In this document: positions 37,612-47,775 of the stretch, in pieces
Layout of the letters: each line of letters starts with the position of its first letter
Position numbering within the stretch: the first letter of the stretch is position 1
Origin: Patescibacteria group bacterium
GTDB taxonomy: Bacteria; Patescibacteriota; Patescibacteriia; UBA10025; JAHIVO01
Direction: 5' to 3'
Length of the DNA stretch: 64,000 bases
Assembly (NCBI GenBank): GCA_049325535.1
Contig: JBMOKY010000001.1
Coordinates: forward strand, 299,386 to 363,385
Notes under the pieces: generated by a model
Seen by the model: only the letters and a program-made list of their open reading frames with translations
Told to the model about the DNA's origin: nothing
The model's database searches: none
Program-made: the position numbers and the translations under genes

Positions 37612-38580
37612 TTATGCGTCACGGTGTCCAGCCGCTTGGATATCTATCTCTTCGCTGCGCCACTCGGACATGACTTCTTCCACGTCCGCGGGTTCGACGG
37701 TTAGTCCGGCTTGGTTTTTTTGCTGTTTGATGGCGCGGAGCTTTACCAGTGACGCGGCTTCGTCCATCAGATCGATGGCTTTATCAGGAAAATGCCGGTC
37801 ACGGATATTTTTATCAGCTAGTTCGACGGATCGAGCCAGTGCGGCGTCGCTGATTTTCAGCTGGTGGTGCGTTTCATAACGCGACCGGACACCTTTGAGA
37901 ATCGCCAGCGTTTGCTCTGGCGTGGCCTCCTCGACCATCACCGGCTGAAACCGGCGCTCCAGCGTGGTGTCTTTTTCCACGTAGGCGGTATAGTCATCGA
38001 GGGTGGTGGCACCGATTACCTGCAGATCGCCTCGAGCCAGCGCTGGTTTGAGGATATCAGCCGCATCGATAGCGCCGGTGGCCTGGCCAGCCTCGGCCAG
38101 CGTGTGAATCTCGTCGATAAATAATATGATAGATCGTTTGGCCGCTATGATTTCGTCCACCAGGGATTTGAGGCGTTTTTCGAATTCACCGCGGTATTTG
38201 GTGCCGGCCACCAGTCCGCTCAGGTCGAGGGCCAGCAGTTTTTTATCGAGCAGCATACTGGTGACACTGCCGTCCGCTATTTTTTGGGCCAGGCCTTCCA
38301 CGATGGCAGTTTTGCCGACACCGGATTTACCGATGAGAACGGGATTATTTTTGGTACGGCGCGATAAAATTTGAATGACGCGTTCCACTTCGTGTTCCCG
38401 GCCAATGACGGGATCAAGCTGGTTTTGGTGGGCGAGCGCGGTCAGGTCTTTTGAATACAATTTGAGCACGCCGATATTTGATCGGGATTTGATATTTTCT
38501 CGGTATAACCAAAAGATAACCACCCCAAGCACAAGGAGGATAATCAGCAGCGATGTGGATGCTGGTTGCAAGTCGAACAT
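37612..38580 (-). CDS. membrane-anchored AAA+ protein homologous to ClpA/ClpB/ClpC D1 module only
   Basis: TM helix then LDPVIGREHEVERVIQILSRRTKNNPVLIGKSGVGKTAIVEGLAQ...ILFIDEIHTL...LKPALARGDLQVIGATT...ERRFQPV; ends before middle domain/D2. Confidence 0.8.
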   Translation of the reverse strand: MFDLQPASTSLLIILLVLGVVIFWLYRENIKSRSNIGVLKLYSKDLTALAHQNQLDPVIGREHEVERVIQILSRRTKNNPVLIGKSGVGKTAIVEGLAQKIADGSVTSMLLDKKLLALDLSGLVAGTKYRGEFEKRLKSLVDEIIAAKRSIILFIDEIHTLAEAGQATGAIDAADILKPALARGDLQVIGATTLDDYTAYVEKDTTLERRFQPVMVEEATPEQTLAILKGVRSRYETHHQLKISDAALARSVELADKNIRDRHFPDKAIDLMDEAASLVKLRAIKQQKNQAGLTVEPADVEEVMSEWRSEEIDIQAAGHRDA

Positions 38581-38733
38581 ATGGTTTTTGTTTTGTATAT
38601 GTAATGAGTATAGCATTTTTTTTCAGTTTTGGCAAGGCGTTACAATAAAGAAAAAAGCGCCTCAGAAGTTTTAGTAAACTGAGAGGCGCCTTTTATTTGG
38701 CAGGTGCCAGATCGATCAAATTCATCGGTAGTA

Positions 38734-39213
38734 TCATCGGTAGTATTTGATCTGATACATGGCACTGGCGGTAGCCACTCGGTCGGTCTGGTCGGTCTGA
38801 ACTTGGCCGTGATTGTCGATACCGGCTGATACATACGCCCAGGTCACTTCTACGATGAGGAATGTCTCAGAGTTGTTTCTCTGATTATTCACCGTAATCA
38901 TGAACCGGTGGCCATGGCGCTCCTTCTTGACCTTGACCCATTTGCCGTTTCCGATTTTGTATCGGATGGACTGGACGCGGTAAGCGCCGTACAGAGAGCC
39001 GTGAGGCTGGTCGAAGGTGACTTCGAATCGCTGGGACTTTCCCTTGATCGGGATGAAGTCGCCGAAGATCTGAGAGCCACCCTGGGCGAGGCGGACCGAG
39101 AACAGAGGCGACTGCCGCTGTTCTGATTTCACCTTCTGGGCGGCCAGGCACCCGGACGTCGAGAAAGCCACCACCAGGGCGGCGACCAAAGCAATGATTG
39201 TGCGCGGATTCAT
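38734..39213 (-). CDS. lipoprotein-like hypothetical protein
   Basis: MNPRTIIALVAALVVAFSTSGC signal. Confidence 0.5.
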   Translation of the reverse strand: MNPRTIIALVAALVVAFSTSGCLAAQKVKSEQRQSPLFSVRLAQGGSQIFGDFIPIKGKSQRFEVTFDQPHGSLYGAYRVQSIRYKIGNGKWVKVKKERHGHRFMITVNNQRNNSETFLIVEVTWAYVSAGIDNHGQVQTDQTDRVATASAMYQIKYYR

Positions 39214-39469
39214 TGAATCCTCCTTATTACAGTATTTTGTTTTCGGTGTTATGGGAGCACTTGTTGCCAAATAATATGACAATGAGCACAAAGAACTAAA
39301 CATCCTATCATGGCTGTCAAGAAATGTCAATACCTAGGGGGTGGTAATCATAGCCATTTTCTAACTATGTGTATAACTTTTCTAGTAAATCGGAATGATT
39401 TGATTTTTCAAATCTTGATTATTTACAGAAAAAATGATATAATATGTACATTCATACGTAACGGCCAGT

Positions 39470-40006
39470 ATGCCTGACATACAAAAAGTACAACCAGAAA
39501 ATCAGAGTCCTGAGGTAGAGGACATTTTTGGATTTGATGAGGCTGCCACTGAGCGTCCTGTCCCACAGCCGGAGCAACCGCCGGTGCCTGACACCCTACC
39601 GGAGCGTGAGGCGATGCCGGAGTTGGCTCCGGAAACGATGCCCGAACAGCAGCCTGAGTCAGAACAGTCGCGTCTGCAGTATGCACCACCTGCACCACCT
39701 GTTCAGACGCAGCCAGTGAGCAAAGATCCACAGGTGGAGCATATTGAAAATATTTTAGCAGAGCATTTGGAGGGGATATTCGTCAATATGTCGCCGCAGG
39801 AGCAGATGGCTTTTAAAGTAAAAGGCGAGGAGACGGCCACGAAAATCAATGTGTTATTGCAGGAGACCAAGATTAAAGTTCGCTCTATCCTGGATCTGAT
39901 CCGCGAGTGGCTCCAGCTGATTCCCGGGGTGAATAGATTTTTCGTGGAGCAGGAAGCGAAGATAAAGACCGATCGTCTGCTCAATCTTCGCGAGCAACAG
40001 AAGTAG
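39470..40006 (+). CDS. Pro/Glu-rich acidic hypothetical protein upstream of coupling-ATPase gene
   Basis: Low-complexity PEQPPVPD repeats then helical C-term. Confidence 0.5.
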   Translation: MPDIQKVQPENQSPEVEDIFGFDEAATERPVPQPEQPPVPDTLPEREAMPELAPETMPEQQPESEQSRLQYAPPAPPVQTQPVSKDPQVEHIENILAEHLEGIFVNMSPQEQMAFKVKGEETATKINVLLQETKIKVRSILDLIREWLQLIPGVNRFFVEQEAKIKTDRLLNLREQQK

Positions 40007-40027
40007 CACCATAAGTTTTCGCGCGGC

Positions 40028-42571
40028 ATGACGCCCCAGACCACTATCGTACAATCACTCGGTGATTTTTTTACCCGGCTGCTGGGGAGCGGAAGTTTTG
40101 CGGTACTCCTGGCAGGTGTTTCGGTCCTGGTGACTGTCATCGCCGGATTTTTTTTGCTGCGTCGGCATCTGCGGAGCGAAAAAGCGTTACCGCAGGCACT
40201 GCAAAAAGTAGTCCTGCTGGTGACCGTACCGAAGGAATCCGAGATGGCAGACGGAGAGGGTCGGAGCATGCCTGAGGTACAGGAACTGTTGGCGCAGGCC
40301 GAAGCCTGGTTTTCCACGCTGGGCGGCATGCGAGCGCAGCGCGGCATGACCGCGGCGGTGGCTGGCCGTACCGATCATTTTTCTCTGGAGCTGGTCGCGG
40401 CCCACGGGTTGATTTCATTTTATGTGGTGGTGCCGCGCTACCTCCGGGACTACATGGAGCAGCAAATTCACGCGCAGTATCCGCGGGCGAATATCGATCC
40501 GGTAGAGGATTTTAATATATTTACCCCGCAGAGTGTGGTGGTGGGCACAACCTTGCAATGCAAGAAAGAATATATATTTCCCATCCGCACCTATCGCCAG
40601 CTGGAGGTAGACCCGCTGCAATCCATCACGAATGTATTGGCCAAGGTGCCTGCTGGTGAGAGCGCGGTGATCCAATACGTCGTGCGCTCCGCCCGCGGCG
40701 AATGGCATGCATATGGGGCACGGGTAGCCACCCAGATCCATCAGGGCAAGACACTGAAAGAAGCGATTGGTCGGCACGGCGCCAGTGCGATCATCGGGGA
40801 GGTATTTCGTACATTTTTTCCGAAAAAAGAGCGATCGACTGAGTACCAAACCCCCCACACTCCCTCGGCCCGCGATGAGGAAATCGCTAAAAGTATAGAG
40901 GAAAAAACATCAAAAGCCGGGATGGACGTGAATATCCGCATTATCGTCTCGGCCCAGTCCGAGGCTCGGGCACGGGCACATCTGACCAATATCGTGGATG
41001 CCTTCAGTCAATATAACATGTACGAATACGGCAATGGGTTCATGCGTAAAGATGCTTTTCGGCGTGACGCGTTGATCCATGATTATATTTATCGTCGGTT
41101 CACTGACAAACACGCGGCACTGCTCAATGCCGAAGAAATGGCGTCAGTGTTTCATTTCCCACTGCCAATCACGGAGACGCCAAATATTCGGTGGCTGTCA
41201 TCTCGGAAAGCGCCCGCACCACTGAACGTGCCGAGTGAGGGGGTCATCCTCGGTCATAGTCCCTATCGCGGTCAGGACCAGGACATCCGTATCTCCCGCA
41301 GCGACCGCCGACGGCATGTGTATGTCATCGGTAAATCAGGCGTCGGTAAATCGGTACTGCTGTCGAATATGATCATTCAGGATATTCAGAATGGCGAAGG
41401 GGTCGGCGTGGTCGACCCGCATGGTGATTTGGTCAGTACGGTGCTGGAACACATCCCGCGGGAGCGGGCTGACGACGTCATTTATTTCAATCCGTCCGAT
41501 ATGGATCGACCGGTCGGGCTGAATATGCTGGAGGCGCGTACACCCGAGGAAAAAGATTTTGCGGTGCAGGAAATGGTGGCGATATTCTATAAATTGTTTC
41601 CGCCGGAAATGATCGGCCCGATGTTTGAGCATAACATGCGCAATGTCATGCTCACCCTGATGGAGGACGAGGAACACCCGGGAACCATAGCTGAGATTCC
41701 GCGCATGTTCACCGATCCGGCATTTCAAAAATACAAGCTCACCAAAGTCAAGGATCCGGTGGTGCGTTCGTTTTGGGAAAAGGAAATGGCCAAGACATCC
41801 GATTTTCACAAATCAGAAATGCTCGGCTACCTCATTTCAAAAGTAGGGCGGTTTGTAGAGAATGCGATGATGCGAAATATCATTGGCCAGCCGAAGTCCG
41901 GTTTTGATTTTGATGACGTGATGAATAACAAAAAGATACTCCTGGTCAATCTAGCCAAAGGTACTACCGGTGAGGTCAATAGCAATCTGCTCGGCCTGAT
42001 CATCGTGTCAAAATTGCAAATGGCGGCCATGAAACGGGTGGCCATGCCCGAGGACCAACGCAACGATTTTTATCTCTATTTGGATGAATTTCAAAATTTC
42101 GTGACCGACAGCATTGCCACCATATTGTCCGAAGCCCGGAAATACCGGCTCGACCTGACTATGGCCCATCAATACACGAGCCAGCTGGTCCGCGACAATA
42201 ACGATACACGTATCCGCGACGCCGTATTCGGGAATGCCGGCACTATGATTATGTTCCGGGTCGGCGTGGAGGACGCGGAAACATTTGCACGGGAGTTTGA
42301 CCCGGTATTCAACCAATACGACATTATTAATGTCGACATGTACACGGCACTCGTAAAATTATTGATCAACAATACCGCTTCAAAGCCGTTTAGCATGCAG
42401 ACCTATCCACCCCAACCAGGCGACCCAGCACTGGCTCGTCAGATCATTGAGCTATCCCGCATGAAGTTTGGTCGCGATCGGGGAGCTATCGAGCAGGAAG
42501 TCATGGAGAAATCTAAGCTTGGCGCACCGGCTCCTCGTCAGGGTCCGGTCATCGGCCAGCGAAGCCTCTAA
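40028..42571 (+). CDS. TraG/TraD/VirD4-like type IV coupling protein family ATPase, N-terminal TM
   Basis: Walker A VIGKSGVGKS at about aa 440; Walker B YLYLDEFQNF; LTMAHQYTSQL and FGNAGTMIMFRVG resemble T4CP C-terminal (TrwB/TraG-D_C) motifs. Confidence 0.65.
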   Translation: MTPQTTIVQSLGDFFTRLLGSGSFAVLLAGVSVLVTVIAGFFLLRRHLRSEKALPQALQKVVLLVTVPKESEMADGEGRSMPEVQELLAQAEAWFSTLGGMRAQRGMTAAVAGRTDHFSLELVAAHGLISFYVVVPRYLRDYMEQQIHAQYPRANIDPVEDFNIFTPQSVVVGTTLQCKKEYIFPIRTYRQLEVDPLQSITNVLAKVPAGESAVIQYVVRSARGEWHAYGARVATQIHQGKTLKEAIGRHGASAIIGEVFRTFFPKKERSTEYQTPHTPSARDEEIAKSIEEKTSKAGMDVNIRIIVSAQSEARARAHLTNIVDAFSQYNMYEYGNGFMRKDAFRRDALIHDYIYRRFTDKHAALLNAEEMASVFHFPLPITETPNIRWLSSRKAPAPLNVPSEGVILGHSPYRGQDQDIRISRSDRRRHVYVIGKSGVGKSVLLSNMIIQDIQNGEGVGVVDPHGDLVSTVLEHIPRERADDVIYFNPSDMDRPVGLNMLEARTPEEKDFAVQEMVAIFYKLFPPEMIGPMFEHNMRNVMLTLMEDEEHPGTIAEIPRMFTDPAFQKYKLTKVKDPVVRSFWEKEMAKTSDFHKSEMLGYLISKVGRFVENAMMRNIIGQPKSGFDFDDVMNNKKILLVNLAKGTTGEVNSNLLGLIIVSKLQMAAMKRVAMPEDQRNDFYLYLDEFQNFVTDSIATILSEARKYRLDLTMAHQYTSQLVRDNNDTRIRDAVFGNAGTMIMFRVGVEDAETFAREFDPVFNQYDIINVDMYTALVKLLINNTASKPFSMQTYPPQPGDPALARQIIELSRMKFGRDRGAIEQEVMEKSKLGAPAPRQGPVIGQRSL

Positions 42572-42577
42572 CGCTAT

Positions 42578-43108
42578 ATGTCAGGCACGACCAGTTCGCT
42601 ACTGCTGATGGTTGGGGTAGTTGTTATTTTTGGCACCGCGGCCTACGCCGGGATCAAGGCGGCACCCTGGCTCCCGGTATTCAAGCGGGATATCAAACGG
42701 ATCGTCACTCTGGCGAATCTGAAGCAAAACGACGTGGCCTATGATCTAGGCTCGGGTGACGGACGTGTTGTATTGGCATTGGCTCATAATTCGTCAGCAA
42801 CCATTTGCGGGTATGAGGTATCATTTGCTCTGTACCTGTGGTCATGGCTGAAAGTAGTATTGCTGGGATTGTCGCGTCAGGTGGAGATTCGTTTTGGGGA
42901 TTTCCTCTCGCGTGATTTGAGTCAGGCTACCGTTATTTTTTGTTTCCTCACCCCGAAAGCCATGGCCAAACTCGGACCGAAATTTAGAGCCGAGCTCCGC
43001 CCAGGGACACGGGTGATTTCTTACAGTTTTGCCATACCCGGCTGGGTGCCTGCCGCGGTCAGCCGACCTGCAGCTGATCGGATTCCCATTTATACCTATA
43101 TCTGTTGA
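42578..43108 (+). CDS. small class-I SAM-dependent methyltransferase with N-terminal TM
   Basis: Motif I VAYDLGSGDGRVVLALA. Confidence 0.65.
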   Translation: MSGTTSSLLLMVGVVVIFGTAAYAGIKAAPWLPVFKRDIKRIVTLANLKQNDVAYDLGSGDGRVVLALAHNSSATICGYEVSFALYLWSWLKVVLLGLSRQVEIRFGDFLSRDLSQATVIFCFLTPKAMAKLGPKFRAELRPGTRVISYSFAIPGWVPAAVSRPAADRIPIYTYIC

Positions 43109-43197
43109 TATCTGTTGACGAGTGGATTGAAATACGGTACACTGGAAACGCAAAAAGTCTCATAAAACAAACGATAACACATACACAATTAGCGCGT

Positions 43198-43839
43198 ATG
43201 GCGGCAAAACAAAACAAATTGCAACAGATAAAAAAACTGGTGGAAGCAGCTCATGTCTCGCTGGAGAGTGCGCGGCAGCTTTTGGTGCAGGTAGCGGGGG
43301 ACGATGGCGCTGATCTCGAAGTCGCGTCAAAAGCACATGCCGTCGGTAGTGTGTCCGCTTCGGAAAATGAAAAGATCATCGAAGGGGTATTTGACGGGCA
43401 AAATATGATCGGCCCGGACGGTAAGCAGTACAGCGTTCCCGCAAACTACGCTTCGAAGTCAAAACTGGTGGTGGGCGATACGCTGAAATTGACCATCACT
43501 GCTGACGGATCATTCATGTATAAGCAAATTGGACCTGTCGAGCGTCAACGGGTGGTGGGGCTGCTGGCGAAAGATGAGACAACTGACGAATACCGCGTGG
43601 TGGTGGGCGAGACGGCGTACAAAGTGCTGCTGGCTAGCGTCACCTATTTTAAAGGGGAACAGGGGGACGAGGTCGTGTTGCTCGTGCCGAAAGACAAAGA
43701 ATCAGTCTGGGGAGCAGTGGAAAACATCATCAAAGTGCACGACGGGCAGGCTTCAGCTACTGCGGCAGCTCCCGCTCAATTGGCGGCGGAAGCCACGACG
43801 CCAACACCCGCCGTTGAAGATATCGAGGATTTAGGGTAG
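43198..43839 (+). CDS. hypothetical protein with OB/KOW-like repeats
   Basis: ATG 43198; two VVGDTLKL / VVVGETAYKV beta-rich segments; Ala-rich tail. Confidence 0.5.
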   Translation: MAAKQNKLQQIKKLVEAAHVSLESARQLLVQVAGDDGADLEVASKAHAVGSVSASENEKIIEGVFDGQNMIGPDGKQYSVPANYASKSKLVVGDTLKLTITADGSFMYKQIGPVERQRVVGLLAKDETTDEYRVVVGETAYKVLLASVTYFKGEQGDEVVLLVPKDKESVWGAVENIIKVHDGQASATAAAPAQLAAEATTPTPAVEDIEDLG

Positions 43840-43923
43840 TTTTTACACTGACGGTTGCCAAATACAAATCGCTTGTATACAATGAATTCGCACGGTTGAT
43901 CCCAAATTGCGATTTTTTTATAT

Positions 43924-45483
43924 ATGCCCGCCCTCTATCGAACGTATCGGCCAAAGGATTTCAGTGAGGTCGTCGGTCAGGAGCCTATCATGGCTACCCT
44001 GCAGCACGAACTCACGCATAATCGGGTAGCGCATGCCTACTTGTTTTCCGGTCCGCGGGGAGTGGGCAAAACCACTACCGCCCGGCTGCTGGCTATGGCC
44101 GTCAATACGAAGGATATTCGCGGGGAACAGCGCGAGCGGACGGTAGCCGATATTTTATCGGGAAAATCGATTGACGTCATTGAAATCGACGCTGCGTCAC
44201 ATACGGGGGTTGATAATGTTCGGGAAAACATCATCGAAAACGCTCGGTTTACCCCGCAGCAATTGCCGTATAAGGTTTTTATCATCGACGAAGTGCACAT
44301 GCTGTCATCGAGTGCTTTTAATGCTCTCCTCAAAACACTCGAGGAACCGCCGGCGCATGTTATTTTTATTCTGGCGACGACGGAGATTCATCGGGTGCCG
44401 GAGACCATCATTTCCCGGTGTCAGCGTTTTGATTTCAAGCGGGTCGGTATACCCGAACTGGTCGCGCGGCTCGAGAAACTGGCTGCGGCAGAAAAGGTGC
44501 ATGTCGAACCAGAAATTCTTCAGGCAGTGGCTCGCCGTGCCGATGGCTCGGTACGTGACGCAGAAGTACTTTTGGGGCAGCTGTTGTCGCTGGGCGCAAA
44601 AAATATTACCGCTGAACAGGCGTCACTGGTACTGCCGCGGTCAAATATTCAGTCGGTGGTACAATTATTCCTGGCGCTGGCGGCTCGGGACGCGCGGCAG
44701 GGGATTTTGATTGTTCATCAGCTGATGGATGATGGGGTCCACTTGCAGGACTTTACCAAGGAGCTGATTGAGTTTTTACGAACCATATTATTGGCGCGGG
44801 CCCATGCATTTGACGATGAATTGAATGCGTATGGACTGGCGCCGGATCAGCGACAGCAGGTGGAGGGTATTTTAGAATCTATGTCCGTGCCGCAGCTGCT
44901 CCATATCATAGAAACTTTCGTGGTTGCAGAAAAGGCATTGCGGTCGAGCACCATACCACAATTGCCGTTGGAGCTGGCTATCGTGACCGTGGCACATGCC
45001 GACGACACCGATGAGCAGCACCCAGATGTACCGCCACCGCCCGCTGAGCCGCCGACTACACCAGAGCGCCCGGCACCGTCGTCGCGTCCCCGTCCGAAGA
45101 ACGATGACACAACCGTTCATCGGACCACTAGCGACGGTTCACTGGAAGCAATCGTCCAGCAGTGGCCGACCATCGTGGATACGGTCAGCACGACCCACCG
45201 GTCTATTGCCATGTCTCTGAAAGTCGGCGTGCCGTATAAACGCACGAATGACACGCTCACGATCGCATTTCAGCATGCGTTTCATGCAGAACGGATTGCT
45301 CAGCCGACGGTACGGGCGGCGCTCCAAGATATCATAGCGACATTGACCGGTTTGACGGTGCATATAAGCACGGTTGTCCTGGAGCCCGACGAATTTGATA
45401 AAGCGCAGCCGGCAGGAACGGGAGATGACGCCGTGCGCGACGCTCTGGAAGTGTTTGGCTCCGAGGCCGTGGCGGAGGATTGA
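43924..45483 (+). CDS. dnaX: DNA polymerase III subunit gamma/tau
   Basis: Walker A GPRGVGKTT, FIIDEVHMLS, sensor motifs, SRC region. Confidence 0.9.
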   Translation: MPALYRTYRPKDFSEVVGQEPIMATLQHELTHNRVAHAYLFSGPRGVGKTTTARLLAMAVNTKDIRGEQRERTVADILSGKSIDVIEIDAASHTGVDNVRENIIENARFTPQQLPYKVFIIDEVHMLSSSAFNALLKTLEEPPAHVIFILATTEIHRVPETIISRCQRFDFKRVGIPELVARLEKLAAAEKVHVEPEILQAVARRADGSVRDAEVLLGQLLSLGAKNITAEQASLVLPRSNIQSVVQLFLALAARDARQGILIVHQLMDDGVHLQDFTKELIEFLRTILLARAHAFDDELNAYGLAPDQRQQVEGILESMSVPQLLHIIETFVVAEKALRSSTIPQLPLELAIVTVAHADDTDEQHPDVPPPPAEPPTTPERPAPSSRPRPKNDDTTVHRTTSDGSLEAIVQQWPTIVDTVSTTHRSIAMSLKVGVPYKRTNDTLTIAFQHAFHAERIAQPTVRAALQDIIATLTGLTVHISTVVLEPDEFDKAQPAGTGDDAVRDALEVFGSEAVAED

Positions 45484-45533
45484 CACAAAGGTTACTGCTT
45501 GGTAGAGTGTGGCAATATCATTGTCCGCACTGC

Positions 45534-45604
45534 TGCGGGATCGTCTAATGGTAGGACGCATGACTCTGAATCATGTAATCCTGGTTCGAATCCAGGTCCC
45601 GCAG
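45534..45604 (+). tRNA. tRNA-Gln (anticodon CUG)
   Basis: Cloverleaf: acceptor TGCGGGA/TCCCGCA (U1-A72 as in bacterial tRNA-Gln), D stem GTCT/GGAC, anticodon stem CATGA/TCATG with loop CTCTGAA, T arm CCTGG-TTCGAAT-CCAGG; CCA not encoded. Confidence 0.85.
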
Positions 45605-45710
45605 CAGTGCGGATGATTTATCCTTGCCAAAAAGCATCGTATCCCGTATGGTGGATGTATTCTCAGATGTGTGCTATACTGCTGGCAACCTTTTTTTAAC
45701 AACACTTTCC

Positions 45711-46787
45711 ATGTCTACACCCCGCATCCGCCAAGGTATTACCTTTGACGACGTGCTCCTGGAGCCACGGAAATCCGGGGTGGACCGTGATCGGATACGA
45801 TTACGGACCCGTCTCACCAGGACGGTTTTTTTGGATATCCCGATTCTAGCTGCGGCTATGGATACAGTTAGCGAAGCGAAAATGGCCATTGCTCTGGGTA
45901 CGATCGGTGGGATGGCCGTACTGCACCGGAATTGCAGCATCGGGGATCAGGTGGGATGGGTGCGGCACGCGCGGCATGCTGGGGTGCAGGTCGGAGCTGC
46001 GGTCGGACCGCATGATATAAAACGGGCAACTGCACTCGACCGAGCTGGTGTGACTGCGATATTCGTCGACTGTGCCCATGCGCACCATACGAAGATTATG
46101 GCCAGCGCCCGGAAAATCAAACGGGCTATCACCACCCCACTCGTCATGGGTAATATCGCTACTCGGGAAGCAGCTCGAGATTTATTGCCATTTGCCGATG
46201 GACTGAAGGTTGGTATCGGACCAGGCGCGATCTGCACTACCCGGGTGGTGGCCGGCATCGGCGTCCCGCAGCTGACCGCGATTTTGGACGTCGTCTCTAT
46301 TGCCAAACAAAAGAAGATTCCGGTGATTGCCGATGGGGGAATTAAATATTCGGGTGATATCGTCAAAGCACTAGCCGCCGGCGCCGAAGCGATTATGGCT
46401 GGCTCACTTTTTGCTGGAACTGATGAAGCTCCGGGAAAGATCATCACAGTCAAGGGCAAGCGGTATAAGGTATTTCGCGGGATGGGTAGTTTGGGCGCCA
46501 TGAAGAGCGGAATTTCCAGCGATCGGTATTTCCAAAAAGGCAAGACTAAATATGTACCAGAAGGGGTTGAGGCATACACACCGTATAAGGGTTCGCTCGA
46601 TGATATCGTTTGGCATCTGATCGGCGGATTGAAGAGCGGTATGGGATATATTGGCGCTTCATCGATTGCCGATATGCCTCGCCAGGCGCGATTTATCCAG
46701 ATCACCAATGCCAGCCTGAAGGAATCACATCCGCACTCCATCACCATTGCTAAGAAAGCCCCTAATTATGACGCGTATGGCTCCTAA
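45711..46787 (+). CDS. guaB: IMP dehydrogenase/GMP reductase family protein lacking CBS subdomain
   Basis: GIGPGAICTTR catalytic loop, IADGGIKYSGD, GSLFAG; extended -10 TGcTATACT at 45671-45679. Confidence 0.8.
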   Translation: MSTPRIRQGITFDDVLLEPRKSGVDRDRIRLRTRLTRTVFLDIPILAAAMDTVSEAKMAIALGTIGGMAVLHRNCSIGDQVGWVRHARHAGVQVGAAVGPHDIKRATALDRAGVTAIFVDCAHAHHTKIMASARKIKRAITTPLVMGNIATREAARDLLPFADGLKVGIGPGAICTTRVVAGIGVPQLTAILDVVSIAKQKKIPVIADGGIKYSGDIVKALAAGAEAIMAGSLFAGTDEAPGKIITVKGKRYKVFRGMGSLGAMKSGISSDRYFQKGKTKYVPEGVEAYTPYKGSLDDIVWHLIGGLKSGMGYIGASSIADMPRQARFIQITNASLKESHPHSITIAKKAPNYDAYGS

Positions 46788-47775
46788 TCCTCGCAAACCA
46801 ACTGTCGAATTGCACGCCCATCTCGGGTCATCGGTGGATCCGGCAATGCTCTGGTCGATAGCCCATCAGCACGGAATCAAATTACCCAGCAAAGATTACT
46901 GGGATTTTGAGGCGATGATTACCATGGATAAGGATGAAAAGAATCCCAATCTGAATAAAATGCACTATGATTTCTTTTACTGGACCGAATTAATCCAGTC
47001 GTCGCCAGAGCCGATTCGTAATTCAGTGCGGAGCGTCATCGGTGGGGGATACCGGGCCAGTAATATTGTTCTCCACGAACTGCGATTCAATCCCATGTTT
47101 CGCAATCGTGGTGGTGAAAAAGATCTCGACCATATCATCATGTCCGCCATCTGGGGCATGCAACAGGCGCAGCTGGAGTATCCACAGGTAAAGGCCGGTT
47201 TGATATTGATGATGGACCGGATGCTGACATTCAAACAGAACGAAATCATCCTCAAAAAAGCCATCAAATACCGCCGCTTAGGTATTGTTGGCGTGGACGT
47301 GGCCGGCCCACAGCGGAAATCATTTTCCATGAAACGCCACGCGCCACTGTTCCGGAAGGCGCGCGAGGCCGGTCTTGGCGTGACTATCCACACCGGTGAA
47401 GAGGGAAATATTCCGGAGATGCGGTATGTGGTCAGGCAGATCAAGCCAGATCGGATCGGCCATGGGTTCCTCTGTACGAAGGATCCGGCACTGATGCGGG
47501 ATATCGTCAAGCAGAATATCACTTTGGAGATGTGTCCGACGTCAAACCTCAAAAATTCGGTGGTGCGCAATATCGGCGATTTGCGCTCGATTGTTCGCAA
47601 GTATCTACAGCATAAAATAAAGTTCACCATCAACACCGATGGGCCGGAGATGTACCGGACTAATATTCTCGGTGAGCAGCAGTTGCTGATGCACAATCGA
47701 ATTTTGAACCAGCGGCAGATCGACCAATGCACCAAGTGGGCATTTGAGGCTACGTTTGTCCGGGAGACGCTATGA
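46768..47775 (+). CDS. adenosine/AMP deaminase family amidohydrolase
   Basis: VELHAHLGS metal-binding motif near N-term; start ambiguous (46747/46768/46777). Confidence 0.7.
   Translation: MTRMAPNPRKPTVELHAHLGSSVDPAMLWSIAHQHGIKLPSKDYWDFEAMITMDKDEKNPNLNKMHYDFFYWTELIQSSPEPIRNSVRSVIGGGYRASNIVLHELRFNPMFRNRGGEKDLDHIIMSAIWGMQQAQLEYPQVKAGLILMMDRMLTFKQNEIILKKAIKYRRLGIVGVDVAGPQRKSFSMKRHAPLFRKAREAGLGVTIHTGEEGNIPEMRYVVRQIKPDRIGHGFLCTKDPALMRDIVKQNITLEMCPTSNLKNSVVRNIGDLRSIVRKYLQHKIKFTINTDGPEMYRTNILGEQQLLMHNRILNQRQIDQCTKWAFEATFVRETL

Noticed and set aside
45947-46747. 266-aa antisense ORF within guaB
   Set aside because: It is antisense to the conserved IMPDH catalytic core and its translation is low-complexity.
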